Shown: piece by piece, positions 54,174-62,570 of the stretch | Layout: each line of letters starts with the position of its first letter | Position numbering within the stretch: the first letter of the stretch is position 1 | IMG/VR virus record: IMGVR_UViG_3300030098_005409 | Length of the DNA stretch: 64,000 nt | Strand: one strand, 5' to 3' | DNA from: a virus | The notes under the pieces: model-generated | Told to the model about the DNA's origin: nothing | Database searches by the model: none | The model's input: the letters and a program-made list of their open reading frames with translations, nothing else | Program-made: the position numbers and the translations under genes

Positions 54174-56333
54174 TTAGCCCACCGATATTCCTAGTAAATA
54201 GTCCATTACTTCAGTAACTAGCTCTTCATCTTCTTTAATGAAGTTCTTGGGATGCCTCTTCTTTTTCTTCTCAGAACCGGCCACTTTCGGCGCGCGCATC
54301 CCAAGGGGTAGAGAATAACCAGCGACGTTGCCACCGGCCATTGAAGACATTTCCTCAAGCTTTCCTTGGAGTATATCATATATTTCCTGATTATAAAATC
54401 CCATAATAGCTTCAAAATCTTCTTGAGAGGCACCCTTGAGAGCCTTTCTTAAAGTAGTTCCTGACATCTCACCAAATCCTGGGACATCAATCTCAACGTG
54501 CGGAGCTACTGCGATGTAACCATGCTTGTCAAGCCCCACAAGTTCTTCTCCGGGCCTGTATGTCTTGTAGTAAGCAGGAGTGCCTCTTTTGGTCATGCCG
54601 TCTAGATTGGCAAACCTGGGACTATCACGCATATCTTTGCCGCCAACAGCGAAAACAACAGCCGTTGATTCTGGGTCGAAGTTCTGAGTAAGTTCCACCG
54701 CCTGATATGGGTTCCTGCTCATCACAATCTTATCAGCAGGCACGCCGTGGGCGACCATAATCTTTTTCTTTTCTTCAAAGTCTAGGGGAGACTTAGGACC
54801 CATCTTATTGGAAGTTACGATAAAAGTATTCTCGTCGCCAAATTGATCAGCAAGCGCTTTATAAGTTGCATAATGGTGACGACCCATAGGCTGGAATCGT
54901 CCGGGATAAATGGCGATAACTTTCTTCTGATCTTGTTCATTCAGAGCCCAATTGACTGCCTCAGCCAAAGCAATCTTTACTTGACTTGCCTCACGAACCA
55001 AAGAAGTGATAGGAGCACCGCCAAGAAGGTTTTCATAAAGATCTTGATTCTTATTTATAACAGAGGGGAGATTACGAGACCACTCCAAAAGAGGCTTGGT
55101 CACAGAGAAACCATCAGATCCCCAGTATACAGTAAGACTTTCGGTTTGCTGGAACTTGGCGCCCTTATCAACAGCAAAGTTTGCCTTGCTGAATTCTAGA
55201 CGATCAACAAATTTGACACCGTTACCGATGTGATCAACAGCAACATAACCCTCTGGATTACTTGCGACAAGATCGCCTGAGCCATCGTCAATAAAATGCT
55301 TTGTGTTATACACAGCGTTGTTATACTTGGCGATGAATATATTTTTTGCCTCGAATAGAAGCCGCGAGACTTTGAAAAGGTTGAGGATATCTTCTTGCTT
55401 GCTATCGAAGGCTGCAAGCATTTCTTGACCTTTTTGGGTTGCTCGCATTTTTCCTTTTTCAGACTTTAGCTTATCAATTCTTTTTTCTAGACGACCTGAA
55501 TACCAACGCTTGAAACCTAAGAAAGATTTAGCTGGATCCTCAAGGAATTGACCACCCTTGATTTCAGAGTTAATGTAGATGTTAAGAAGATCCATCGGCA
55601 GACCTTCATAGTCAATCTTTTCATTGACCTGATCCGCGGCTGAAACTAATTCCTTCACCTTTGCTTCTTCATCTTCAGTTAAAGTAACAGTTCCAGTATC
55701 GTCTGTAAAATAAGCATCATCAACCCATACACCGGGAACCTTATTTAGACCACTTACATCAGCGCCGAAAGAAGCGCCACCGTCCAAACTATCATAAGTT
55801 GTATGAAAAACAATACCGAACTTTGATTCAGCGATCTCTTGTCCAAGCTTGGATTCAACTGGTGCGGCATAAGTAATAGTATTTGGCTTGAAAGCATAAT
55901 GAGGCTCGCCATCAACGTCGATGGTGCTAATCATCTCATCGTCAAACATAAAGTCTCCCTGGAGAATCTTTTGGATTCCTAGGGGAGGCAAGTATTGAAG
56001 TGCTTTTGTAAGCTTATCGACCAAACCCGGAGCGTGTCCGTGATTTCTCCGAACATCTTCGGGGGTATAGTTTATCTTTGGTTCTTTATTGAAGATAGAT
56101 TTGGTTCCAACAAAGAACTTACCATTTTCTGGATTAATACCAGCAAAAATAGCCGGCGCGCCATCCCACTTGACAGAGGTCTTTACTCTTGAATCAACAT
56201 TACCTTTTAACTCTTCTAACAACTCAAGCAGAAAAGCCCGAGCCATATCATATCCCTTTGGACCCTGTGTTAAAACAAGCTCTTCCAGGTGAGTTAAGTG
56301 TGTGTTTGCTTTGCCTTCATCCAGAAGAGACAT
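54174..56333 (-). CDS. fusion of ligase-type nucleotidyltransferase domain (DUF6267-like as recalled) and HIGH-class cytidylyltransferase-like domain
   Basis: VKWDGAP (KxDG), PEGYV, VKFVDR; C-terminal half YPGRFQPMGRHH...MSGTTLR. Confidence 0.7.
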   Translation of the reverse strand: MSLLDEGKANTHLTHLEELVLTQGPKGYDMARAFLLELLEELKGNVDSRVKTSVKWDGAPAIFAGINPENGKFFVGTKSIFNKEPKINYTPEDVRRNHGHAPGLVDKLTKALQYLPPLGIQKILQGDFMFDDEMISTIDVDGEPHYAFKPNTITYAAPVESKLGQEIAESKFGIVFHTTYDSLDGGASFGADVSGLNKVPGVWVDDAYFTDDTGTVTLTEDEEAKVKELVSAADQVNEKIDYEGLPMDLLNIYINSEIKGGQFLEDPAKSFLGFKRWYSGRLEKRIDKLKSEKGKMRATQKGQEMLAAFDSKQEDILNLFKVSRLLFEAKNIFIAKYNNAVYNTKHFIDDGSGDLVASNPEGYVAVDHIGNGVKFVDRLEFSKANFAVDKGAKFQQTESLTVYWGSDGFSVTKPLLEWSRNLPSVINKNQDLYENLLGGAPITSLVREASQVKIALAEAVNWALNEQDQKKVIAIYPGRFQPMGRHHYATYKALADQFGDENTFIVTSNKMGPKSPLDFEEKKKIMVAHGVPADKIVMSRNPYQAVELTQNFDPESTAVVFAVGGKDMRDSPRFANLDGMTKRGTPAYYKTYRPGEELVGLDKHGYIAVAPHVEIDVPGFGEMSGTTLRKALKGASQEDFEAIMGFYNQEIYDILQGKLEEMSSMAGGNVAGYSLPLGMRAPKVAGSEKKKKRHPKNFIKEDEELVTEVMDYLLGISVG

Positions 56334-56336
56334 TGT

Positions 56337-56585
56337 TTACTTATCCTTGTTTTCTTCTAATATAGTAACCTGCTCTTCAAGAATGCTAACGCGCTCTTGA
56401 AGACGGCGCATGTGTCGTCTCACTTCTTTAAGACTTTGCCTAGCCATCTCAATCCGTCGCTCGTCAGTGCGGCTACGTGGAGATATATTCTGGAGAACCT
56501 CAGAGATAGACTGAAGATAGCTAGACACACTTGGTCCTTTGCCTTCATTTTGAATAAACTGGCGCGTTAGACGACGAAAGTCCAC
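56337..56585 (-). CDS. hypothetical coiled-coil protein
   Basis: 82 aa; heptad C-terminus. Confidence 0.7.
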   Translation of the reverse strand: MDFRRLTRQFIQNEGKGPSVSSYLQSISEVLQNISPRSRTDERRIEMARQSLKEVRRHMRRLQERVSILEEQVTILEENKDK

Positions 56586-56588
56586 GGC

Positions 56589-56828
56589 CTATTCCTTAGC
56601 GACTTTAGGTGTCGATGCTCTCTTTTTAGCGGCAGTCTTCTTTGTAGCAGGCTTGACAGTCCTCTTTATGGCTGGCTTGACAGCCTCTTCTACGACGGGT
56701 GCTGGTTCTGGCTCAACAACCGGTGCTGGTGCTTTCTTTGCTGCTGCCTCTTTTGCTGCTGCCTCTGCGGCTGCTTTCTTTGCCGCGGCCTCTGCTCTTC
56801 TTCTGCGTTTTATGTGTGGTGCTACCAT
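56589..56828 (-). CDS. Lys/Ala/Pro-rich histone-H1-like small protein
   Basis: AAKKAA, KPAIK, KPATKKTAAKK repeats. Confidence 0.6.
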   Translation of the reverse strand: MVAPHIKRRRRAEAAAKKAAAEAAAKEAAAKKAPAPVVEPEPAPVVEEAVKPAIKRTVKPATKKTAAKKRASTPKVAKE

Positions 56829-56829
56829 T

Positions 56830-57633
56830 TTACTTAGACTCCTTTCTAACTCTTTCTAAGATTCTGCGGGTGATTTGCTTTGCCTCGTGGACAGAGATCA
56901 TCTTTGGTGCTGCTGTTTCCTCAACAGCCTCCTCGATCTCATCCTCAGCGCGACCGCAATGGGCTTCATCAAGATCCATATCTTTTGCCATTGAGGGGCG
57001 ATTTCCTTCTTCATCGCCGTGCTCCTTAGCATCTTTTGCGGCCTGCTTCATTGGCTCTTCTTTATCGCCATCCTTGTCTAGATCTAGGAAGTCTGGCTTG
57101 GCGGCTTCATTAAGAAGTCCCCACTTTTTCATCAACTTAGTGTTGATTTCGTTGTTTTTCCACTCTTTAAGTGACATTTTTGGTTCTCCTGTTTTTGAAA
57201 AATCAATCTCCACATTAATTTTTCCTGTTTTAATTAGGTCTTCAAAGTCCCTAAATATTAAATTTCCTTTTTCATATGCCTCTCGCTCCATTTCTCTAAG
57301 GTGCGGATCTTTCTGGGCATATCCTTCATAAGTAGGATTGTCCCTTGTAAAATCACCTCGGCAGTTCTGTGCGTGATGAACTAACTCGTGAGATAAAGAC
57401 CTTAAGATATCTTTTGGGTGTCTGCCGTCCGTGTAAAGAACAATCTGATAGTTCTCGGGGTCGTAATAAGCAGTTTTGCCCAGCATTCTACCAGCGTTAT
57501 CTTGATCGCTTTGAAAAACAATCGTTGCGCCCTTATCAAAACCTAGCTGTTTTTGCGAATAAGGAAAAAAGTTATCCACCATCTGCTCAAGATGATAGAC
57601 ATTTGCTGGTGTGTTGTTGATGCTTTTATGCAT
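56830..57633 (-). CDS. zincin-like domain plus acidic tail with EF-hand-like motif
   Basis: SHELVHHAQ (HExxH); DLDKDGDKEE. Confidence 0.65.
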   Translation of the reverse strand: MHKSINNTPANVYHLEQMVDNFFPYSQKQLGFDKGATIVFQSDQDNAGRMLGKTAYYDPENYQIVLYTDGRHPKDILRSLSHELVHHAQNCRGDFTRDNPTYEGYAQKDPHLREMEREAYEKGNLIFRDFEDLIKTGKINVEIDFSKTGEPKMSLKEWKNNEINTKLMKKWGLLNEAAKPDFLDLDKDGDKEEPMKQAAKDAKEHGDEEGNRPSMAKDMDLDEAHCGRAEDEIEEAVEETAAPKMISVHEAKQITRRILERVRKESK

Positions 57634-57636
57634 TGT

Positions 57637-57957
57637 CTAATAAATAGTTGAAAAAAGAAGAAAAAGAGCGCCCGATAAATGGTAAGCAAATACAAGAAGA
57701 TAGATTATATTCAACCCCAAAAGAATATTGAAGATCATTTTTTGAAATTTTATTCTGAAAAAATAAAGAATGTAAATTCCAACGATACTGAGCCCTAATT
57801 TAGCAAAGACAAATAGTGCCGGGGAACACTGTAAAAAGTAATTCATAATTGGGTTGGCTTCGGTAGCCAATCCAGTCTGCACCCAGAGTAAAGTTGCGAG
57901 GAGATCAAAAAGAATCAAAATAGTCAGTGAGTGAATCAGTCTAACTATTTTTTGCAA
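57637..57957 (-). CDS. DUF5658-like membrane protein
   Basis: D..AT...G.A.EANPIM...K signature; three to four hydrophobic helices. Confidence 0.7.
   Translation of the reverse strand: MQKIVRLIHSLTILILFDLLATLLWVQTGLATEANPIMNYFLQCSPALFVFAKLGLSIVGIYILYFFRIKFQKMIFNILLGLNIIYLLVFAYHLSGALFLLFSTIY
57641..57648 (-). promoter_or_regulatory. putative late-promoter motif ACTATTTA
   Basis: 7 nt upstream of ATG 57633, no SD. Confidence 0.4.
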
Positions 57958-57960
57958 TTT

Positions 57961-58155
57961 CTATCTCTTCAGTGCTTTGTCCAAAGCGTCTCTAACACCC
58001 TCAGCAGCCAGCCATTTAGGCTGTTGCCAAAACGGCACCAGCATGTGTCCAAGCATTCCTAATCCTGCTAAAAGCAACAAACCAGATAATCTTGATGAAC
58101 GCTTAAGGTGCGCCAACCAGCCTTCGTCTTTAAAATGTGCCCAATCCCAACTCAT
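57961..58155 (-). CDS. small membrane protein (DUF6356-like as recalled)
   Basis: W.AHL..S..LSGLLL.AG...LGHMLVPF. Confidence 0.55.
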   Translation of the reverse strand: MSWDWAHFKDEGWLAHLKRSSRLSGLLLLAGLGMLGHMLVPFWQQPKWLAAEGVRDALDKALKR

Positions 58156-58478
58156 TATAATTTACCTTTCCCTGGACCTTTTTCGTATGAAATACTCTTG
58201 AATGCTTTTTCAAGATAATCTGCTGCTTTGGTGATCTTTGATTGAACCCAAGGCTCAAGGTTTTCGTCATCATGGAGCATATCGTGAAGTTGCTGTGCTT
58301 GCGCAGCCATATGGTAAAGTGACCGCTTGGCCATGTTGCCTTCGTATCCGTCTGGATCCTTCTCGTAGTTGTTGGAGGCTGGATCCAGCGTATTCATCTG
58401 TGGCATTTCAAGCAAAACAGAAGAGCCGTTCAACTCTTCAGCAATCATCTTTTTAAGTTCGTTTTTTGAGATTTTCAT
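58155..58478 (-). CDS. conserved phage protein, candidate head-internal
   Basis: MKISKNELKKMIAEEL leader; EGNMAK..LY...LHDML...LEPWVQSKITKAADYL module. Confidence 0.75.
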   Translation of the reverse strand: MKISKNELKKMIAEELNGSSVLLEMPQMNTLDPASNNYEKDPDGYEGNMAKRSLYHMAAQAQQLHDMLHDDENLEPWVQSKITKAADYLEKAFKSISYEKGPGKGKL

Positions 58479-59185
58479 TATTTCTGTTCCTGTTGTTTAG
58501 CAGAGACTTTCAAAAGGTTTTTAAGAACAGCCTGCAGTGCGTTACGATATCTTATAAGGTCATCTTTTTCAGCTATATCAGTTAAGATCTTTTCAATCTG
58601 CACCAACATACCTCTTTCTTTATCATCAACCCCTCCTAAAGCATCGCCTTTTGCAATTGCTTTGGATTTTTCCAGTTCGCCTTTCGCTTGTGTTTGTTGA
58701 GTAACAATTCCGCTCCCAAAACCTTTAAGGGCATCATCTTGCTCCTCAAGCCCAACACCGCCACCAAAATCAGCATAACCCATGCTGTAGTAATTCATAG
58801 CTCCGGATCCACCGGTGCCATATGGCTGCTGACTCTTGGCAGGAGCCACGACTCTTTGGTCAGGCATTGGATGAGCGCCAGCATCTTCTAGGTCGTTCAG
58901 AGCCTTTCTAAGGCACGCAGACGCCTTGAAAGCGTGCTCATAGGCGCCGTCATAGATCGGCTCATCAAGAGCCTCTACGAGCTTCTCAGTAGCCTCTCTA
59001 GCCACGAGAGCGAGATCATATAAGTTGTTTGCCTCTGGATCTCCTTTGTCCTGCTCCGGAGTCTCTGTATCGGCAGCAGGCATTCTGTGTGGAACGCCTT
59101 CAGGAGCAGATGGCTCGTTAATTCCGCCGCCTGTAAACATAGCTTCTTTTACAAGCGCTTGAAGTTGTTTATAATCAATAGTCAT
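58478..59185 (-). CDS. hypothetical protein, candidate head-internal
   Basis: 235 aa; leader ends LVKE. Confidence 0.7.
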   Translation of the reverse strand: MTIDYKQLQALVKEAMFTGGGINEPSAPEGVPHRMPAADTETPEQDKGDPEANNLYDLALVAREATEKLVEALDEPIYDGAYEHAFKASACLRKALNDLEDAGAHPMPDQRVVAPAKSQQPYGTGGSGAMNYYSMGYADFGGGVGLEEQDDALKGFGSGIVTQQTQAKGELEKSKAIAKGDALGGVDDKERGMLVQIEKILTDIAEKDDLIRYRNALQAVLKNLLKVSAKQQEQK

Positions 59186-59186
59186 T

Positions 59187-60344
59187 TTATCCCTTTACCA
59201 AGAAGCGATCAAATGTGCCCTTAAGATCGGCTAACTTATTTTCCTCTAGATTTCTCATCTTATCTTTTGCGACCGCCGCACGACCGCGACCCTGAGCAAG
59301 ATCTTTGGTTTTTTCAAGCTCTTGTGCCGCAGACCGGTCCGCACTTAGCTCCTCACCGGCTGCAAGCTGCAATTTGTCGTGGTGCTTCTCTGAGGGTAAA
59401 CCAGCCTTCTCGAACTTTTTAAGCATTCTGCGTAGGAGAACAAGATCGTCAAGTGCTGTCAGCGGACCAAGGAATTCAAGACCCATAAAAGTCCCGGCAT
59501 CAACAGGAGAAACGAAATTAAGAATAGCAAAAGCAGCTAAGAGTCGAAGTTTTGTTGGCGTGTCACGGTCGACGCTGGCCATAAACATGGCAGCCAAGTC
59601 GCGCCCACCGGGAAGATTTAGAAGCGCTTTCAAAACTGGGTTGCCTTTAGCTTCCTGTAGATCGCCGGTACCTAGCTTGTCGAGTAGTACATTTAAAACC
59701 TTGTCCTGCTCATCTTCTGGCATTGCTTCAATCGCATCTTCGGCAGTCTCAACTGGGTCTTTTGCCTCATCTAAGTCTTCCTTCTTAGAATCTTCTTTAG
59801 CGGCTTTTCTTGCTTTTTTGTTGGCGGCTTTCTTTTCGTCCTTGGTGGCATCTGGTGGTGTTTTTGCAACCTTAGAAGCTCTACCCATTGCCTCTTGTAG
59901 AGCTTCCTGAAGTTCTGTGTTAGACGACAATATAGACAAAAACTGCTCTCTAACGGCATCAACAATTAGGGCTGCAACCTCATCCGCTTGGTCTTTAATG
60001 ATTTTAGCAAATGCTCTTTGCATGAGTCCTTCAATTACATCTCCGTCAAATGGGATATCTGGCACAATCTTGGAGGCAATATCGTCTGCGTTCTCAATAA
60101 GGTGCGATTCTATCTGACGCGCAGCAATTCGTAAGAACAAACCAGCTGCAGCGTCCAGTACTGCTCCAGCGCTAGTGTTCTTAAAGGTTTCACTAGCAGC
60201 ATACCTCAGTGGCTCTTTAAAGTCCCCTATGTTTTTTAGTACGCCCTTTGCAGTAGCGGTTAAACTATTTTCGTTTTTCAACTCTTCCGAGACCATTTGT
60301 GCTATTTGGTCGATTATTCTTTTGTCCATGGTGGATTCTCCCAT
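59187..60344 (-). CDS. multimodular protein with DUF1232/YkvA-like hydrophobic segment
   Basis: AILNFVSPVD...ALDDLVLLRRML; alternative start 60329 has GGAG SD. Confidence 0.65.
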   Translation of the reverse strand: MGESTMDKRIIDQIAQMVSEELKNENSLTATAKGVLKNIGDFKEPLRYAASETFKNTSAGAVLDAAAGLFLRIAARQIESHLIENADDIASKIVPDIPFDGDVIEGLMQRAFAKIIKDQADEVAALIVDAVREQFLSILSSNTELQEALQEAMGRASKVAKTPPDATKDEKKAANKKARKAAKEDSKKEDLDEAKDPVETAEDAIEAMPEDEQDKVLNVLLDKLGTGDLQEAKGNPVLKALLNLPGGRDLAAMFMASVDRDTPTKLRLLAAFAILNFVSPVDAGTFMGLEFLGPLTALDDLVLLRRMLKKFEKAGLPSEKHHDKLQLAAGEELSADRSAAQELEKTKDLAQGRGRAAVAKDKMRNLEENKLADLKGTFDRFLVKG

Positions 60345-60348
60345 ATGT

Positions 60349-60356
60349 TAATTAGT
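60349..60356 (-). promoter_or_regulatory. putative late-promoter motif ACTAATTA
   Basis: 4 nt upstream of ATG 60344; includes upstream stop. Confidence 0.35.
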
Positions 60357-61335
60357 CTTTTTTCTTTTGTAATCGTTTAGTTTTTTCTTTTGATGCTTCT
60401 TTTCTTTTCTCAGCGTGATCAAGAACTTTCTTCAATCTGGCTTTGGTCTTAGGGTCCTTAGCATTCTGATAGGCAGCCCGTACACGCTGATGGATAAGAT
60501 TAATAATCTGTGACTGACGCTTGTGAGACTTTGATTTGAAGGATTTCTTTGATAAGGTATCCTTTACATCTTGAACTGTTCGGAACTTTACTGACACTGT
60601 ATCACTTGGATCCTCGTCGGTGTAAAGTCTGCGTCCTGAACCTTTTGGTTTCTTGCCAGTTCCAGTCTTAGGATCCTTACCTTCTTCGGCCTTGATACAA
60701 TTTCTGTACGTCTTGCCGTACATCTTCTTAGTTTTGCGTTTGGGGTGAGTTTTATAACCCTTCTGGCAACGTTCTTGCAGTCCATCAGGCTCCATATATG
60801 GATGATCTTTAAGATACTTTTTCATCTTAGGTGCTGGTTCAATCCCAGCTTCTTGAAGTTTATTCGCCCACATAGACAGCATTGTCTCACGTATTTCCTC
60901 ATCTCCCCGGACAAAGTTTGCTTTTATGCCTGCTTCTTTGGCCGCCGCAATCTCTTCTTCGTCATCATCCCAATGTTCGATAACACCAAGAGATAAAAGA
61001 GTTTCAGCTTTCAAATCTCCATTTGTGTAGTGGATAGACTTGACGGGAAGATTCATACCGGCAACCAACTCTTCTGGCTCTGGTGCTGTATCCCATGGAT
61101 ACTTGTCTCCTGTGCGTTTCGATCGGGAAGTAACAATATAAACAGTTTCACCGGCAGCTGCGAGTTCTCTTAGTTTGGCGATGTTCTCTTCGTGGGGCTT
61201 GTCGTATATGGTGCTGAATTCAGGATCTTCAGGATCTGTCTTATACTTGATAAGTGTCTCGTCATAATCAAACGAGTAAGCGCCTTTCTTTTCTTCGTTT
61301 AGGAAGTTCTTCCAGTTTTCAAGTAGGAGTTTCAT
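60352..61335 (-). CDS. tagged protein: HAD phosphatase domain plus basic C-terminal modules
   Basis: MKLLLENWKNFLNE; FDYDET (DxDxT), IVTSR, K, WDDD. Confidence 0.75.
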   Translation of the reverse strand: MKLLLENWKNFLNEEKKGAYSFDYDETLIKYKTDPEDPEFSTIYDKPHEENIAKLRELAAAGETVYIVTSRSKRTGDKYPWDTAPEPEELVAGMNLPVKSIHYTNGDLKAETLLSLGVIEHWDDDEEEIAAAKEAGIKANFVRGDEEIRETMLSMWANKLQEAGIEPAPKMKKYLKDHPYMEPDGLQERCQKGYKTHPKRKTKKMYGKTYRNCIKAEEGKDPKTGTGKKPKGSGRRLYTDEDPSDTVSVKFRTVQDVKDTLSKKSFKSKSHKRQSQIINLIHQRVRAAYQNAKDPKTKARLKKVLDHAEKRKEASKEKTKRLQKKKD

Positions 61336-61742
61336 TTCTTAGATACCTTCCAGCCGCCCATCATACCTCCAGGCATATCATATTCTTCAACATTTACAGA
61401 ATCATCCTGCTGCAGTCTTGTCCAGATTTTGGTGCCAGCCGGCGATTGCGATGGATCACTATATAGCACCCCCACATGATCGAGAAGCCACTTATAGAAA
61501 TCAGTCATATAGAAAGCAGCGTCTGATTCTTTTTTTGCATATTTGACTCTCACGCCATCTTCGTGAGGAACTACGTCCAACGTAGCTTTTGTTTTCCCCT
61601 CGGGATCCATTACAGAATAAACTATAACGTCGCCGCCGAAAGGACTAGATTCGCTAGACTGCAACACCTGATGTTTTCCAAAAGAACCCACTTCCTGGTT
61701 TTCTACCAAATACTTCCGCCAGTTTTCAAGGATTAGTTTCAT
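61332..61742 (-). CDS. tagged protein with possible GNAT-like domain
   Basis: MKLILENWRKYLVE; LYSDPSQSPAGTKIWTRL. Confidence 0.6.
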   Translation of the reverse strand: MKLILENWRKYLVENQEVGSFGKHQVLQSSESSPFGGDVIVYSVMDPEGKTKATLDVVPHEDGVRVKYAKKESDAAFYMTDFYKWLLDHVGVLYSDPSQSPAGTKIWTRLQQDDSVNVEEYDMPGGMMGGWKVSKK

Positions 61743-61744
61743 GA

Positions 61745-62182
61745 CTAGTCCTTCCCGATATTACTTCTGTCCTGCCATTCGTGAGATGTTTCATCTGTAT
61801 CAATAGGGCCACCCGCAGCCCATGTATAGCACGTGCGCGCGCTGTGGCATTTAAAATGATGCATCCAGCAATAACCTAGCCGACCTTCTTCATCTTCAAT
61901 GGGCCCTGGAAAGCATTCGTCCATTCTTGGCGAGATATCAAACGCCGCGCAATTATTGCACATTGATTGTTTTGCAACCTCAACGGTTGTGTTCCAGTGC
62001 TCTGCCAGTCTATCATAGTATGCTTCATCAGCAAGATTAAGGGGTCCGTATTGAATGTGCTCTGCTTTGATGGCAGAATCACGGTTCTTTGTGTTTAATT
62101 CTAAATCCTGTGTGGCAGGGGGGCAAATGTATTTCTTTGCCTCTGTCAAAAACCTTTTCCAGTTTTCAAGTAGGAGTTTCAC
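61745..62182 (-). CDS. tagged Cys-rich protein (possible Fe-S/HiPIP-like or Zn-binding)
   Basis: MKLLLENWKRFLTE (GTG start); CNNC...GYC......C.....CYTW; 7 Cys. Confidence 0.7.
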   Translation of the reverse strand: MKLLLENWKRFLTEAKKYICPPATQDLELNTKNRDSAIKAEHIQYGPLNLADEAYYDRLAEHWNTTVEVAKQSMCNNCAAFDISPRMDECFPGPIEDEEGRLGYCWMHHFKCHSARTCYTWAAGGPIDTDETSHEWQDRSNIGKD

Positions 62183-62565
62183 TCTACTCCTCCAAACATT
62201 TTCTTAAACTTCTCGGGTGTCTCAGCTTCCTCGGAGACATCAAGGATCTTTGCCTTTATTGTTTCAACCTCTTGATTGATTGCTTTTTGTAGCCGATGGT
62301 TGCCATCCAAAACATACTTGAGCTGCCCATCTTTCTTGATGACTATAATAGGAAACTCTAAGCTCGCTGCTGCTACTCGCTCCTCACCTCTGGTTGGAAG
62401 AGGGGGTATTTGTTTGGAAAGTTCTAAAACATTAATGTCAATAGTTTTGTCTCCCAAGAAATCATCTATCTCTCCAAGTGTAACCTTTCCCTCATCATTT
62501 TCCCACGATGTATCGCGCCAACTTTCTGTAAGATACTGCCGCCAGTTTTCAAGGATAAGTTTCAT
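62179..62565 (-). CDS. tagged ParB/Srx-like domain protein
   Basis: MKLILENWRQYLTE; FPIIV...VLDGNHRLQKA; start set at the tag Met. Confidence 0.75.
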   Translation of the reverse strand: MKLILENWRQYLTESWRDTSWENDEGKVTLGEIDDFLGDKTIDINVLELSKQIPPLPTRGEERVAAASLEFPIIVIKKDGQLKYVLDGNHRLQKAINQEVETIKAKILDVSEEAETPEKFKKMFGGVE

Positions 62566-62570
62566 TTGTT

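Larger units (their letters stand above)
61310..62556 (-). repeat. four dispersed gene-start repeats (core CTTGAAAACTGG)
   Basis: 12-nt core at 61312, 61719, 62159, 62542; 25-nt identity 61310-61334 vs 62157-62181; 18-nt identity 61716-61733 vs 62539-62556. Confidence 0.85.

Noticed and set aside
53000-54217. 405-aa plus-strand ORF as a real gene
   Set aside because: Ser-rich antisense shadow of two acidic minus-strand genes, in a register depleted of stops; no recognisable domain.
56699-57331. 210-aa plus-strand ORF
   Set aside because: Antisense to real minus-strand genes; low-complexity shadow.
59305-59910. 201-aa plus-strand ORF
   Set aside because: Antisense shadow of the 385-aa gene; Ser/Ala-rich, no motif.
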